Origin: Granulicella sp.
GTDB lineage: Bacteria; Acidobacteriota; Terriglobia; Terriglobales; Acidobacteriaceae
NCBI GenBank assembly: GCA_965198545.1
Contig: CBDAPS010000003.1
Location: 103,255-167,254 of the forward strand
Direction of reading: 5' to 3'
DNA length: 64,000 nt
In this document: one piece after another, positions 8,688 to 16,470 of the stretch
Layout: each line of letters opens with the position of its first letter
How positions within the stretch are numbered: the first letter of the stretch is position 1
Notes under the pieces: model-generated
Database searches by the model: none
What the model saw: only the letters and a program-made list of their open reading frames with translations
Told to the model about the DNA's origin: nothing
Made by a program: the position numbers and the translations under genes

Positions 8688-8932
8688 GCTGCCTTGGTGG
8701 GTTGGGGTCGAGCGGATTGCAGGGCCGGCTGAACGGCTTCCTTCTTGCGACCGAACAGGGCGAGGATACGGCGGCGCATGTAGTAGAGGAACCCGGCGGC
8801 CACCGAAGCGAAGCCCTGCAGAGCGAGGAGACCCGAACCGGGATCCACGTAGGCCAACGCCTGGCGTTCGGAAGCGATGGTCAGGCAGAGGATAAAGGCA
8901 AGGGCGAGCGAGAGAGAGACGAAACGCTTCAT
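8684..8932 (-). CDS. Small membrane protein: signal peptide + YVDPGSG + TM helix + basic tail
   Basis: 82 aa; A-L-A cleavage site then YVDPGSG, hydrophobic helix, RRR; translationally coupled to the noeA-like gene. Confidence 0.75.
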   Translation of the reverse strand: MKRFVSLSLALAFILCLTIASERQALAYVDPGSGLLALQGFASVAAGFLYYMRRRILALFGRKKEAVQPALQSARPQPTKAA

Positions 8933-9209
8933 TCCTAGAAATCTCCAACGGTTAGGGCAGTCTTGATGCGGGAGCCACGAGGCCTGTGATCTGAGACGGG
9001 TGTACGTTCCTCCAAGTTTCGATGAACCCGTCGGGTTACGAGGAAGTTGCGGGATGGGCGAAAGAAATTTCTCCCTGCCAGCGACCGCGGTGGGAATCTC
9101 CCCAAAATGATTCTTAGGCGGCGCGTCTTTTGAAGCTGTTGCGGTGTCTACCCGTCTTATTCAGCGTTGCTTAAGGTGTGGGTTGAGTGCACCTGAGTTT
9201 GGAGAACCT

Positions 9210-10322
9210 GTGGCGGAGCAGCCGATGAATGAGGGCCAGGCAGCTAGGCGGCGGGCGGCGCTGGCAGGGAGTTGGGCACTACCGGTGATGCTTCTGGTGG
9301 GTTGCGGGGTATTTGCAGGCGCCGTGTCTGCCCAAGAGCCTGCGCTGCCAACCGCGCCGTCCGCAGTAAAGATGGCTCCCAACGCTCCTGTTTCTGCAAC
9401 CGGGAGTGGGACTATCACGGGCATCGTGACAGACACGGATAAGGCGGCCGTGCCCAACGCACAGGTTTTTCTGGAGACGGTGGAGCCGAAGGCTCTGCTG
9501 CAGACAGCGGCGGCGGACGCCACCGGAGCGTTCCAGTTTTCGGGCGTGCCGGCGGGAAGTTACGTGGTGAAGATCACGGCGAAGGGATTTTCGGCCTGGA
9601 AGATCAAGGACGTGCTTGTACTGCATGATGGAGAAGTCTTCGAGATCCCAACCGTGGAACTGGGCGTGGAAGCAATCACTACGACGGTGGATGCGATCAC
9701 GATGGAAGACCTGGCCGAGATGCAGATCACGGCGGAGGAGCACCAGAGGATTCTCGGCGTCCTGCCGAACTTCTACGTGAGTTACCTGCCAAATGCAGCG
9801 CCGCTGACGCGGAAGCAGAAGTTCAAGTTGGCGTTCGTGGTGAGCCGTGACCCGCTGACGTTCATGACCACAGGAATCACGGCGGGAATCGAGCAGGCGC
9901 AGGGGGATTTTTCAGGGTATGGGTCGGGGTTTGCCGGGTATGCGAGCCGGTTTGGGGCGACGTACGGCGACCGGTTCAGCGCGACGATGCTGGGAGCGGC
10001 AATCCTGCCTTCCCTGCTGCACCAGGACCCTCGGTACTTCTACAAAGGCAGTGGCAGCGTGGTGCACCGGGCGCTGTATGCGATTTCAACGGTGGTGATC
10101 TGCAAGGGAGACAACGGGAAGTTTCAGCCTAACTACTCGAACGTGTTTGGGAACCTGGGGGCGGCGGGGATTTCTTCGCTGTACTACCCGCGCAGCGATC
10201 AGCACAGCGCGCAGGTGACGGTGGACAATACGCTGATCGGGATCGCTACCGGGTCGTTCGGGACGCTGTTCCAGGAGTTTTTGTTGAAGAGGTTTACGCA
10301 TGGGGCTCCGCCTACGCCCTGA
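9210..10322 (+). CDS. Carboxypeptidase-regulatory-like domain protein (Acidobacteria-type outer membrane/secreted protein)
   Basis: GTITGIVTD..AAVPNAQV, G.Y.VKITAKGF; C-domain QRILGVLPNFY, HQDPRYF; GTG start with GGAGA RBS. Confidence 0.8.
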   Translation: MAEQPMNEGQAARRRAALAGSWALPVMLLVGCGVFAGAVSAQEPALPTAPSAVKMAPNAPVSATGSGTITGIVTDTDKAAVPNAQVFLETVEPKALLQTAAADATGAFQFSGVPAGSYVVKITAKGFSAWKIKDVLVLHDGEVFEIPTVELGVEAITTTVDAITMEDLAEMQITAEEHQRILGVLPNFYVSYLPNAAPLTRKQKFKLAFVVSRDPLTFMTTGITAGIEQAQGDFSGYGSGFAGYASRFGATYGDRFSATMLGAAILPSLLHQDPRYFYKGSGSVVHRALYAISTVVICKGDNGKFQPNYSNVFGNLGAAGISSLYYPRSDQHSAQVTVDNTLIGIATGSFGTLFQEFLLKRFTHGAPPTP

Positions 10323-10343
10323 GTATTCGTGCCGCAGGAAAGA

Positions 10344-10390
10344 AAAGCGCTCACGCAAAGTACGCCAAGTTGGCGCGAAGTTCGCAAAGG
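10344..10390 (+). repeat. Dispersed repeat, copy 2
   Basis: AAAGCGCTCACGCAAAGTACGCCAAGTTGGCGCGAAGTTCGCAAAGG. Confidence 0.75.
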
Positions 10391-10391
10391 A

Positions 10392-10418
10392 AACGGCGGC
10401 CCGTTATGGGCCGCCGTT
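10392..10418. terminator. Hairpin terminator between convergent genes
   Basis: AACGGCGGCCC-GTTAT-GGGCCGCCGTT, 11-bp stem. Confidence 0.7.
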
Positions 10419-10432
10419 GCTGTTTGATTGGC

Positions 10433-12028
10433 TTACTTTTCGTTGCTGGCGTACCACTTCTCGAGATCGGCATGCATCATTTTGAGCGCGTCGACGTTGA
10501 GATAGACCATGTGGCCGGCCGGATAGTAGCCGAAGCTGACGTTGTGGGTGAGGGGCTCAGGGAGCATCATCTGAGCGAGGTCGTGCTCGGTGCCGAAGAA
10601 GGGAGTGGCGAGATCGAACCATCCGTTAGCGGAGAAGACCTTGAGGTGCGGGTTCTTGCGCATGGCGTCGGAGAGGTCGATGACGGTGTCGGGCTGCTCC
10701 ATGCCGCCACGACCGCCGCCACCGCCACCACCACCCATCATTCCAGAGGGCTGGTGATGGAAGTCCCAGGCCGCGCCGCGGGCGTGGAGGCGGTACTCCT
10801 CGGAGCTGGTCATCTTGAGCTCGGTCATGAGGTACTCATGGAACGCGCCTACGAAGGGGCCGGAGATGCCGGTGTCGGAAGGATCGAAGCCGGCATTCTC
10901 ACCGACCTCGTTGATATCGGGGCCTTCGAAGCGGGCGTCGTAGCGGCCGAGGATCTGGCCGTCGGTGCGCTCGAGCTCCTTGCGGAAGTGGGTGGGCGAG
11001 ATGCGGAGCTTGGATTCCTTGACGTACTTGAGGTCAAGGCCGGTAAGCGCGGAGACTTGCTGAGCGATCTCATCGAACCTGGCGGGAGGAAGACGGTCTC
11101 CGGCGTGCAGCGCCTCGGCATAGGGGCCGGCGGCAAACTTGCGGGCTTTTTCGACGTGCTCTTCCATGGTGCCGTTGTGCGGAACCTTCTTGAAGTACCA
11201 GCCGATGGCGGCGTAGCTGGGCAGGTAGGTGACGGGCTCGATGTCAAAGCCCGGGGAGCGCGAGTAGTAGTTGAGGATGGAGCTGAGCAGCGTGACGCCG
11301 TTGAACTCAATGCCATCATTATTGAGCAGAGCGACGAGGGCGGCGGAGCGGGGCGTGCCGTAGCTTTCGCCGAAGAGGTATTTGGGCGAGTTCCAGCGCT
11401 GGTTGAGGGTGATGTAGCGGACGATGAAGTTCTCAAAAGCCTTGATGTCCTGATCGACGCCGGCGAAGTCGGCGGGCTTGCCGCGGCCAACGGCGCGGGA
11501 GAAGCCGGTATTGGGGGCGTCGATGAAGACGAGATCGGTCTTGTCGATCAGGGAGTACTCATTGGGTACCCAGCGGAAGGGCGCGGGGCCGGTGGCGGCG
11601 GGGCTGGACGTGATGACGCGGATAGGACCGACGGAGCCCATGTGCAGCCAGAGAGAAGCGGAGCCGGGGCCGCCGTTGTAGAGAAAGGTGACGGGGCGGT
11701 TCTTCGCGGGGGCGCCGTCTTCGGTGTAGGCAACGTAGAAGATGCTGCCGTTGGGATGGTCGTTGTCGTCGCGAATGACCAGGTTGCCGGCGGTGGCGGT
11801 GTAATGGACGGTGCGGCTGCCGGCGGTCCAGTCGTGCTTGGTTTCGGCCTTGGCCTCGGCGGGGACAGGCACCGGAGCGTTGGGGGTTTCCGCCTGGTTG
11901 GCGTTTTCACCGGGTTCGGCACCGGTGGGAGCACCGCGGCGCTGCTGCTGCGCGAGGGACGAGAGGGACAGGCCGGCCGCCATGATGCCCAAGGCAACGG
12001 CAGAGCGGATGAGACGGGATCGCTTCAA
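10433..12028 (-). CDS. Peptidase S10 (serine carboxypeptidase)
   Basis: NGGPGSAS, GESYG nucleophile motif, DLATP, AGHMVY; signal peptide. Confidence 0.92.
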   Translation of the reverse strand: MKRSRLIRSAVALGIMAAGLSLSSLAQQQRRGAPTGAEPGENANQAETPNAPVPVPAEAKAETKHDWTAGSRTVHYTATAGNLVIRDDNDHPNGSIFYVAYTEDGAPAKNRPVTFLYNGGPGSASLWLHMGSVGPIRVITSSPAATGPAPFRWVPNEYSLIDKTDLVFIDAPNTGFSRAVGRGKPADFAGVDQDIKAFENFIVRYITLNQRWNSPKYLFGESYGTPRSAALVALLNNDGIEFNGVTLLSSILNYYSRSPGFDIEPVTYLPSYAAIGWYFKKVPHNGTMEEHVEKARKFAAGPYAEALHAGDRLPPARFDEIAQQVSALTGLDLKYVKESKLRISPTHFRKELERTDGQILGRYDARFEGPDINEVGENAGFDPSDTGISGPFVGAFHEYLMTELKMTSSEEYRLHARGAAWDFHHQPSGMMGGGGGGGGRGGMEQPDTVIDLSDAMRKNPHLKVFSANGWFDLATPFFGTEHDLAQMMLPEPLTHNVSFGYYPAGHMVYLNVDALKMMHADLEKWYASNEK

Positions 12029-12227
12029 GAGAGCCTCCTAGGAAATGAAAATCCGGGGGAACAGGAAAGTTGTTGGGGTACTGCAGGGTATACGAGTGAA
12101 TATCGCGTGAAGACGCAGTGAAAGTTGGGTGCTGTACAAAATCCCACCGACCGGTTCGGTCGCCCTTTTCATGGCGTACATCCCGGCGTAGGGTTGAGGC
12201 CATCTGCGTAAGCAGCGAACGCTGCGG

Positions 12228-12962
12228 ATGAAACCCGAGGATGAGCCTGTGAGCCCTTGCGATGTGTTGGAAGAGTTGCCGGAGATTGAATCCGGTGAGG
12301 CGGAAGAACTGGAGTTGACTCGGCGGCAATTTGTGGGTGGCTCGTCGATCCTAGCGGTGGGTGCCGCGCTGGGGCTTGAGCGCGCGGCGCGGGCGGACGA
12401 AGGACCGAAGGCGCCGGGCAGCGAGCCGGTCATGGTGCCGTTGTCAATTTCGATCAACAAGCAGACGCGCACGCTGACGGTGGATACGCGGACTTCCCTG
12501 CTGGACCTTCTGCGCGAGCACCTGGGCCTGACAGGAAGCAAGAAAGGCTGCGATCACGGCCAGTGTGGCGCGTGCACGGTGCTCCTCGATGGGCGGCGCG
12601 TGAATAGCTGCCTGACGCTGGCCGTGGTGGCGCAGGGAGCGGAGATCACGACGATCGAAGGGCTGGGGGACGAGACGAACCTTGGGCCGGCGCAGCGGAG
12701 CTTTCTGGAGCACGACGGTTTCCAGTGCGGGTACTGCACCCCGGGGCAGATCTGCTCGGCAACGGCTCTGATGGATGAGGCGGCGAGGGGTGAGCTTTCC
12801 GTGGTGAGCTTTGAGACGGGCAAGACGATGAAGCCGGCGATTACGGATGACGAGATTCGCGAGCGCATGAGCGGGAATATCTGCCGATGCGGAGCGTATC
12901 CGAACATTGTGGCTGCGGTTAGGGCGCTGACCAGCGTCGGTTCAACTGGAGGTGCGGCATGA
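12228..12962 (+). CDS. paoA: Aldehyde oxidoreductase 2Fe-2S subunit (PaoA/YagT-like), Tat-exported
   Basis: TRRQF twin-arginine motif; GCDHGQCGAC, QCGYCTPGQ, CRC. Confidence 0.88.
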   Translation: MKPEDEPVSPCDVLEELPEIESGEAEELELTRRQFVGGSSILAVGAALGLERAARADEGPKAPGSEPVMVPLSISINKQTRTLTVDTRTSLLDLLREHLGLTGSKKGCDHGQCGACTVLLDGRRVNSCLTLAVVAQGAEITTIEGLGDETNLGPAQRSFLEHDGFQCGYCTPGQICSATALMDEAARGELSVVSFETGKTMKPAITDDEIRERMSGNICRCGAYPNIVAAVRALTSVGSTGGAA

Positions 12963-13981
12963 ATCCGTTTTCTTATCAACGGGTAGAGGCTCCGGACGCG
13001 GCTTTGCATGCCGTTCTGGCTGGGCGTGGGGCGAAGTTTCTGGCGGGTGGGACGAACCTTGTCGACCTCATGAAGGACGGCGTAGAGACTCCGCCGGCGC
13101 TGGTGGATGTGAACCACGTCGGGCTGGACAAGGTGGAGGCGAGCGCGAGAGGGGCGAAGATTGGGGCGCTGGTGCGGAACTCCGACCTGGCGAATGATCC
13201 GGGTATCGTGGCGAACTATCCTCTTCTGTCGCACGCGTTGCTTTCGGGGGCGAGCGCGCAGCTGCGGAACCGGGCAACGACGGGCGGGAACCTGATGCAG
13301 CGGACGCGCTGCTACTACTTCATGGATACGGCGTTTCCGGCTTGCAACAAGCGAATGCCGGGATCCGGGTGCGGCGCGGTGAATGGTTTCAACCGCATCC
13401 ACGCGGTGCTGGGGCAGACCGATGAAGGGCCGCAGTCTCCGCACACCTGCATTGCGACCAACCCTAGCGACATGAACGTGGCGCTGTATGCCTTGAATGC
13501 TTCGGTTGAAATACAGGGGCCAAAGGGCAAGCGGGCGATGCCGGTGCGGGAGTTTCATCGGCTGGTTGGGAAGGATCCCTCATTGGACACGAACCTGAAG
13601 CCGGATGAGCTCATCGTCGGCGTGACGTTGCCGACGGCGAAGTTCGGGAAGAATTCGTGGTACCTGAAGGCTCGCGACCGGCAAAGCTATGCGTTCGCGC
13701 TGGTGAGCGTGGCGGCTGGGCTGGAAGTGGATGGCGGGCAGATCAAGAGTGCGGGATTAGCGTTGGGCGGGGTGGCGCATAAGCCGTGGTACTCGCCTGA
13801 GGCCGAGCATGCGCTTGTTGGACAGGCGGCGAATGAGGCTACGTTCCGCAAAGCTGCGGAGATCGCGATGCGAGGGGCCAAGGGGTATGAGCACAATGCG
13901 TTCAAGATCGAGCTGGCGAAGGACTGCATTGTGCGTGCGCTGACGGTGGCTGCGGCTGGCGGAGTCGGAGCGGCGGCGTAG
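12959..13981 (+). CDS. paoB: Aldehyde oxidoreductase FAD-binding subunit (PaoB/YagS-like)
   Basis: AGGTNLVDLMK, ATTGGNL, RCYYF..CNKR..GSGC 4Fe-4S cysteines; ATGA overlap with paoA. Confidence 0.9.
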   Translation: MNPFSYQRVEAPDAALHAVLAGRGAKFLAGGTNLVDLMKDGVETPPALVDVNHVGLDKVEASARGAKIGALVRNSDLANDPGIVANYPLLSHALLSGASAQLRNRATTGGNLMQRTRCYYFMDTAFPACNKRMPGSGCGAVNGFNRIHAVLGQTDEGPQSPHTCIATNPSDMNVALYALNASVEIQGPKGKRAMPVREFHRLVGKDPSLDTNLKPDELIVGVTLPTAKFGKNSWYLKARDRQSYAFALVSVAAGLEVDGGQIKSAGLALGGVAHKPWYSPEAEHALVGQAANEATFRKAAEIAMRGAKGYEHNAFKIELAKDCIVRALTVAAAGGVGAAA

Positions 13982-14010
13982 GCCGGTGTGAACTTCACGC
14001 AGCCATCAAA

Positions 14011-14052
14011 GCGGGGGTCTCTCCACTCCGCTTCGCTTCAGGTCGAGATGAC
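14011..14052 (+). repeat. Intergenic CTCTCCACT...GTCGAGATGAC repeat, copy 1
   Basis: Shares both ends with 57324-57375. Confidence 0.65.
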
Positions 14053-14120
14053 GAGCGTTGGGTGTTTCGGTCGAGACACAGAGTTGAGACAAGAACAGAA
14101 GATTTGGCAGGAGTAACAAG

Positions 14121-16355
14121 ATGATGCAGGCAGACGCGAAACCACAACAACCACCGCAAACACCCCATCGCTATGACGGCATCGTGAAGGTGACGGGCAA
14201 GGCGAAGTATGCGGCGGAGTTTTCAGAGCCGTTCGCGAAGAAGGATCTGCTGTATGCGTACATGGTGCAGTCGACCGTGGCGAATGCGACGATTACCGCG
14301 ATGGATACGAAGGCGGCCGAACGGGCAGCCGGCGTGGTGGCTGTGCTGACGCCGTTCAACGCGCCGAAGTTGTCTGTGGGAGCGCCACAGCCTCCGGCCC
14401 GGCGAAGCCTGACCGTGCTGCAGAACAATACGGTGAGCTATAACGGGCAGCCAATCGCGGTGGTGGTGGCAAAGTCGCAGGACCAGGCGATGCATGCGGC
14501 GAAGCTGATCAAGACGACCTACCAGGAGCAGCCGGCGAAGATCGCGTTCATGACGCGGCTGGGCGAGGCGAGGCCGCCGAAGAGCGCCGGCAAGGAGCCG
14601 GCCAAGCAGGTGACGCAGCAGCCGGATACGATTCCCTCGGGTTCGGTGGTGATCGAGAACACGTATGTGACGCCGATCCAGAACCACAACCCGATGGAGC
14701 CGCACGCGACGATCGCATGGTGGGAGGGCGAGAAGCTGAGCGTTTATGACGCGACGCAGTACATCACAGGATCGAAGATGACGTTTGCGCGCACGCTGAA
14801 CCTGGCGCAGGACAACATCCACGTCATCGACCCCTATGTGGGTGGCGGGTTTGGGAGCAAGGGGTCTACGTGGTCGCACGCCATTCTGGCTGCGATGGCG
14901 GCGAAGGTCGTGCAGAAGCCGGTGAAGCTGGTGCTGGGGCGTGAGCAGATGTTCGGCCCGGTTGGTTACCGGCCCACGACGGTGAACAAGATCAAGCTGG
15001 TGGCGAAGCCCGATGGCAAACTGGCGCTGATCCAGCAGGACGTAATCATCAATGCGTCGGTGCTGGAGGACTTTGCGGAGCATTCGGAGTCTCCGGCACG
15101 AAAGCTTTACTCGAGCGAGAAGATTTCGACCTCGCTGAATATGGTGGACGTGAACTACGCGGTAGCCACGTTCATGCGCGCCCCGGGCGAGGCTCCGGGG
15201 ACGGCGGTGTTCGAGATCGCGATGGATGAGCTAGCCGAGAAGCTGAACATGGACCCGGTGCAGCTTCGGCTGGTGAACTATGCGGAGATGGACCCGACCG
15301 CGGCCAAGCCCTGGACCTCGAAGCATCTGCGCGAGTGCTACCAGCAGGCTGGCGACCGGTTTGGATGGTCGAAGCGGAACCCGAAGCCGGGGCAGACGAA
15401 CGAAGGCAACAAGCTGATCGGCTACGGGATGGCTACGGCTACGTACCCTGCGAACCGGTCGGCGGCTAGCTGTGTGGCGAGGTATATGCCGGATGGCACG
15501 GTGTTTGTGGGGTCGGGCACGCAGGACCTGGGGACCGGGATGTACACGGTGATGGCGCAGGTAGCGGCGGCGAACCTGGGATTAGAGCCGCTGGAGATCA
15601 TGGTGAAGCTGGGTGACTCCACGCTGCCGAAGGCTCCGGTGTCGGGTGGGTCGCAGTCAACAGCTTCGGTTGGCCCGGCGGTGGATGCGGCCTGCTCGCA
15701 ACTGAAGCTGAAGGTGTCGGACCTGGCGATCGGGGACAAAGGGTCGCCGGTGTTCAACGGGGCGACCACGGATGTTGATGTGAAGGGCGGCAGGGTGTTT
15801 TTGAAGTCCAATCCGAGCAGGGGTGAAGAGGTGAAGGCCTTGCTGGCGCGGAATGGCGGGAAGCCAGTGCAGGTGGAAGGTTCCGCGGAACCCGGTGAGG
15901 ACCGCACCGCGATGACCTCGAACTCGTGGGGAGCAGTGTTTGCCGAAGTCGAGGTGGACAAGACGACGCACATGGTGAAGGTGCGGCGGGTAGTCGCGAC
16001 CTACGACATCGGCACGCTAGTGAACGAGAAGACCGGGCACAACCAGCTGCAGGGAGGCATCACCTGGGGCGTAGGATTTGCGCTGCATGAGCAAACGGTG
16101 ATCGACCTGAATACGGGACGACCGGTAAACGAGAACCTGGCCGAGTACCACGTTCCGGTGAACGCGGATGCGGGCGTTTGGGATGTGACGGCACTAAACA
16201 TTCCAGATACGAAGTTCAATCCGCTGGGAGCGCGTGGCATTGGCGAGATTGGCGCGACGGGAGCGGCAGCCGCGGTGGCGAATGCGATCTACAACGCGAC
16301 CGGCAAGCGGGTGCGGGAGTATCCGATTACGCCGGACAAGCTGATGAAGGCGTAG
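14121..16355 (+). CDS. paoC: Xanthine dehydrogenase family molybdopterin-binding subunit (PaoC/YagR-like)
   Basis: GGGFGSK, MRAPG, QDLGTG, SGGS, RGIGEIG motifs; AGGAG RBS. Confidence 0.92.
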   Translation: MMQADAKPQQPPQTPHRYDGIVKVTGKAKYAAEFSEPFAKKDLLYAYMVQSTVANATITAMDTKAAERAAGVVAVLTPFNAPKLSVGAPQPPARRSLTVLQNNTVSYNGQPIAVVVAKSQDQAMHAAKLIKTTYQEQPAKIAFMTRLGEARPPKSAGKEPAKQVTQQPDTIPSGSVVIENTYVTPIQNHNPMEPHATIAWWEGEKLSVYDATQYITGSKMTFARTLNLAQDNIHVIDPYVGGGFGSKGSTWSHAILAAMAAKVVQKPVKLVLGREQMFGPVGYRPTTVNKIKLVAKPDGKLALIQQDVIINASVLEDFAEHSESPARKLYSSEKISTSLNMVDVNYAVATFMRAPGEAPGTAVFEIAMDELAEKLNMDPVQLRLVNYAEMDPTAAKPWTSKHLRECYQQAGDRFGWSKRNPKPGQTNEGNKLIGYGMATATYPANRSAASCVARYMPDGTVFVGSGTQDLGTGMYTVMAQVAAANLGLEPLEIMVKLGDSTLPKAPVSGGSQSTASVGPAVDAACSQLKLKVSDLAIGDKGSPVFNGATTDVDVKGGRVFLKSNPSRGEEVKALLARNGGKPVQVEGSAEPGEDRTAMTSNSWGAVFAEVEVDKTTHMVKVRRVVATYDIGTLVNEKTGHNQLQGGITWGVGFALHEQTVIDLNTGRPVNENLAEYHVPVNADAGVWDVTALNIPDTKFNPLGARGIGEIGATGAAAAVANAIYNATGKRVREYPITPDKLMKA

Positions 16356-16359
16356 AGGC

Positions 16360-16384
16360 AGTGGTTAGTGATTAGTGATTAGTG
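16360..16384 (+). repeat. Short heptamer tandem repeat (AGTGRTT)x3.5
   Basis: AGTGGTT-AGTGATT-AGTGATT-AGTG immediately after the paoC stop. Confidence 0.6.
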
Positions 16385-16388
16385 CAGA

Positions 16389-16421
16389 CGAAGCCCGTCC
16401 CTCTGGACGGGCTTCGATTTT
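16389..16421 (+). terminator. Rho-independent terminator of paoABC
   Basis: CGAAGCCCGTCC-CTCT-GGACGGGCTTCG followed by ATTTT. Confidence 0.8.
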
Positions 16422-16470
16422 GAGGTTGACTTCGTCCCAAGGCAAAGAATATGCGAAGATAGGGTCGATC

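Noticed and set aside
9007-9046. Small stem TTCCTC/GAGGAA with inner AACCC/GGGTT upstream of the YVDPG gene
   Set aside because: Too short and unlike any riboswitch I can recognise.
10370-12121. 583-aa plus-strand ORF
   Set aside because: Antisense shadow of the S10 peptidase; high GC3 suppresses stops on the opposite strand; no motifs.
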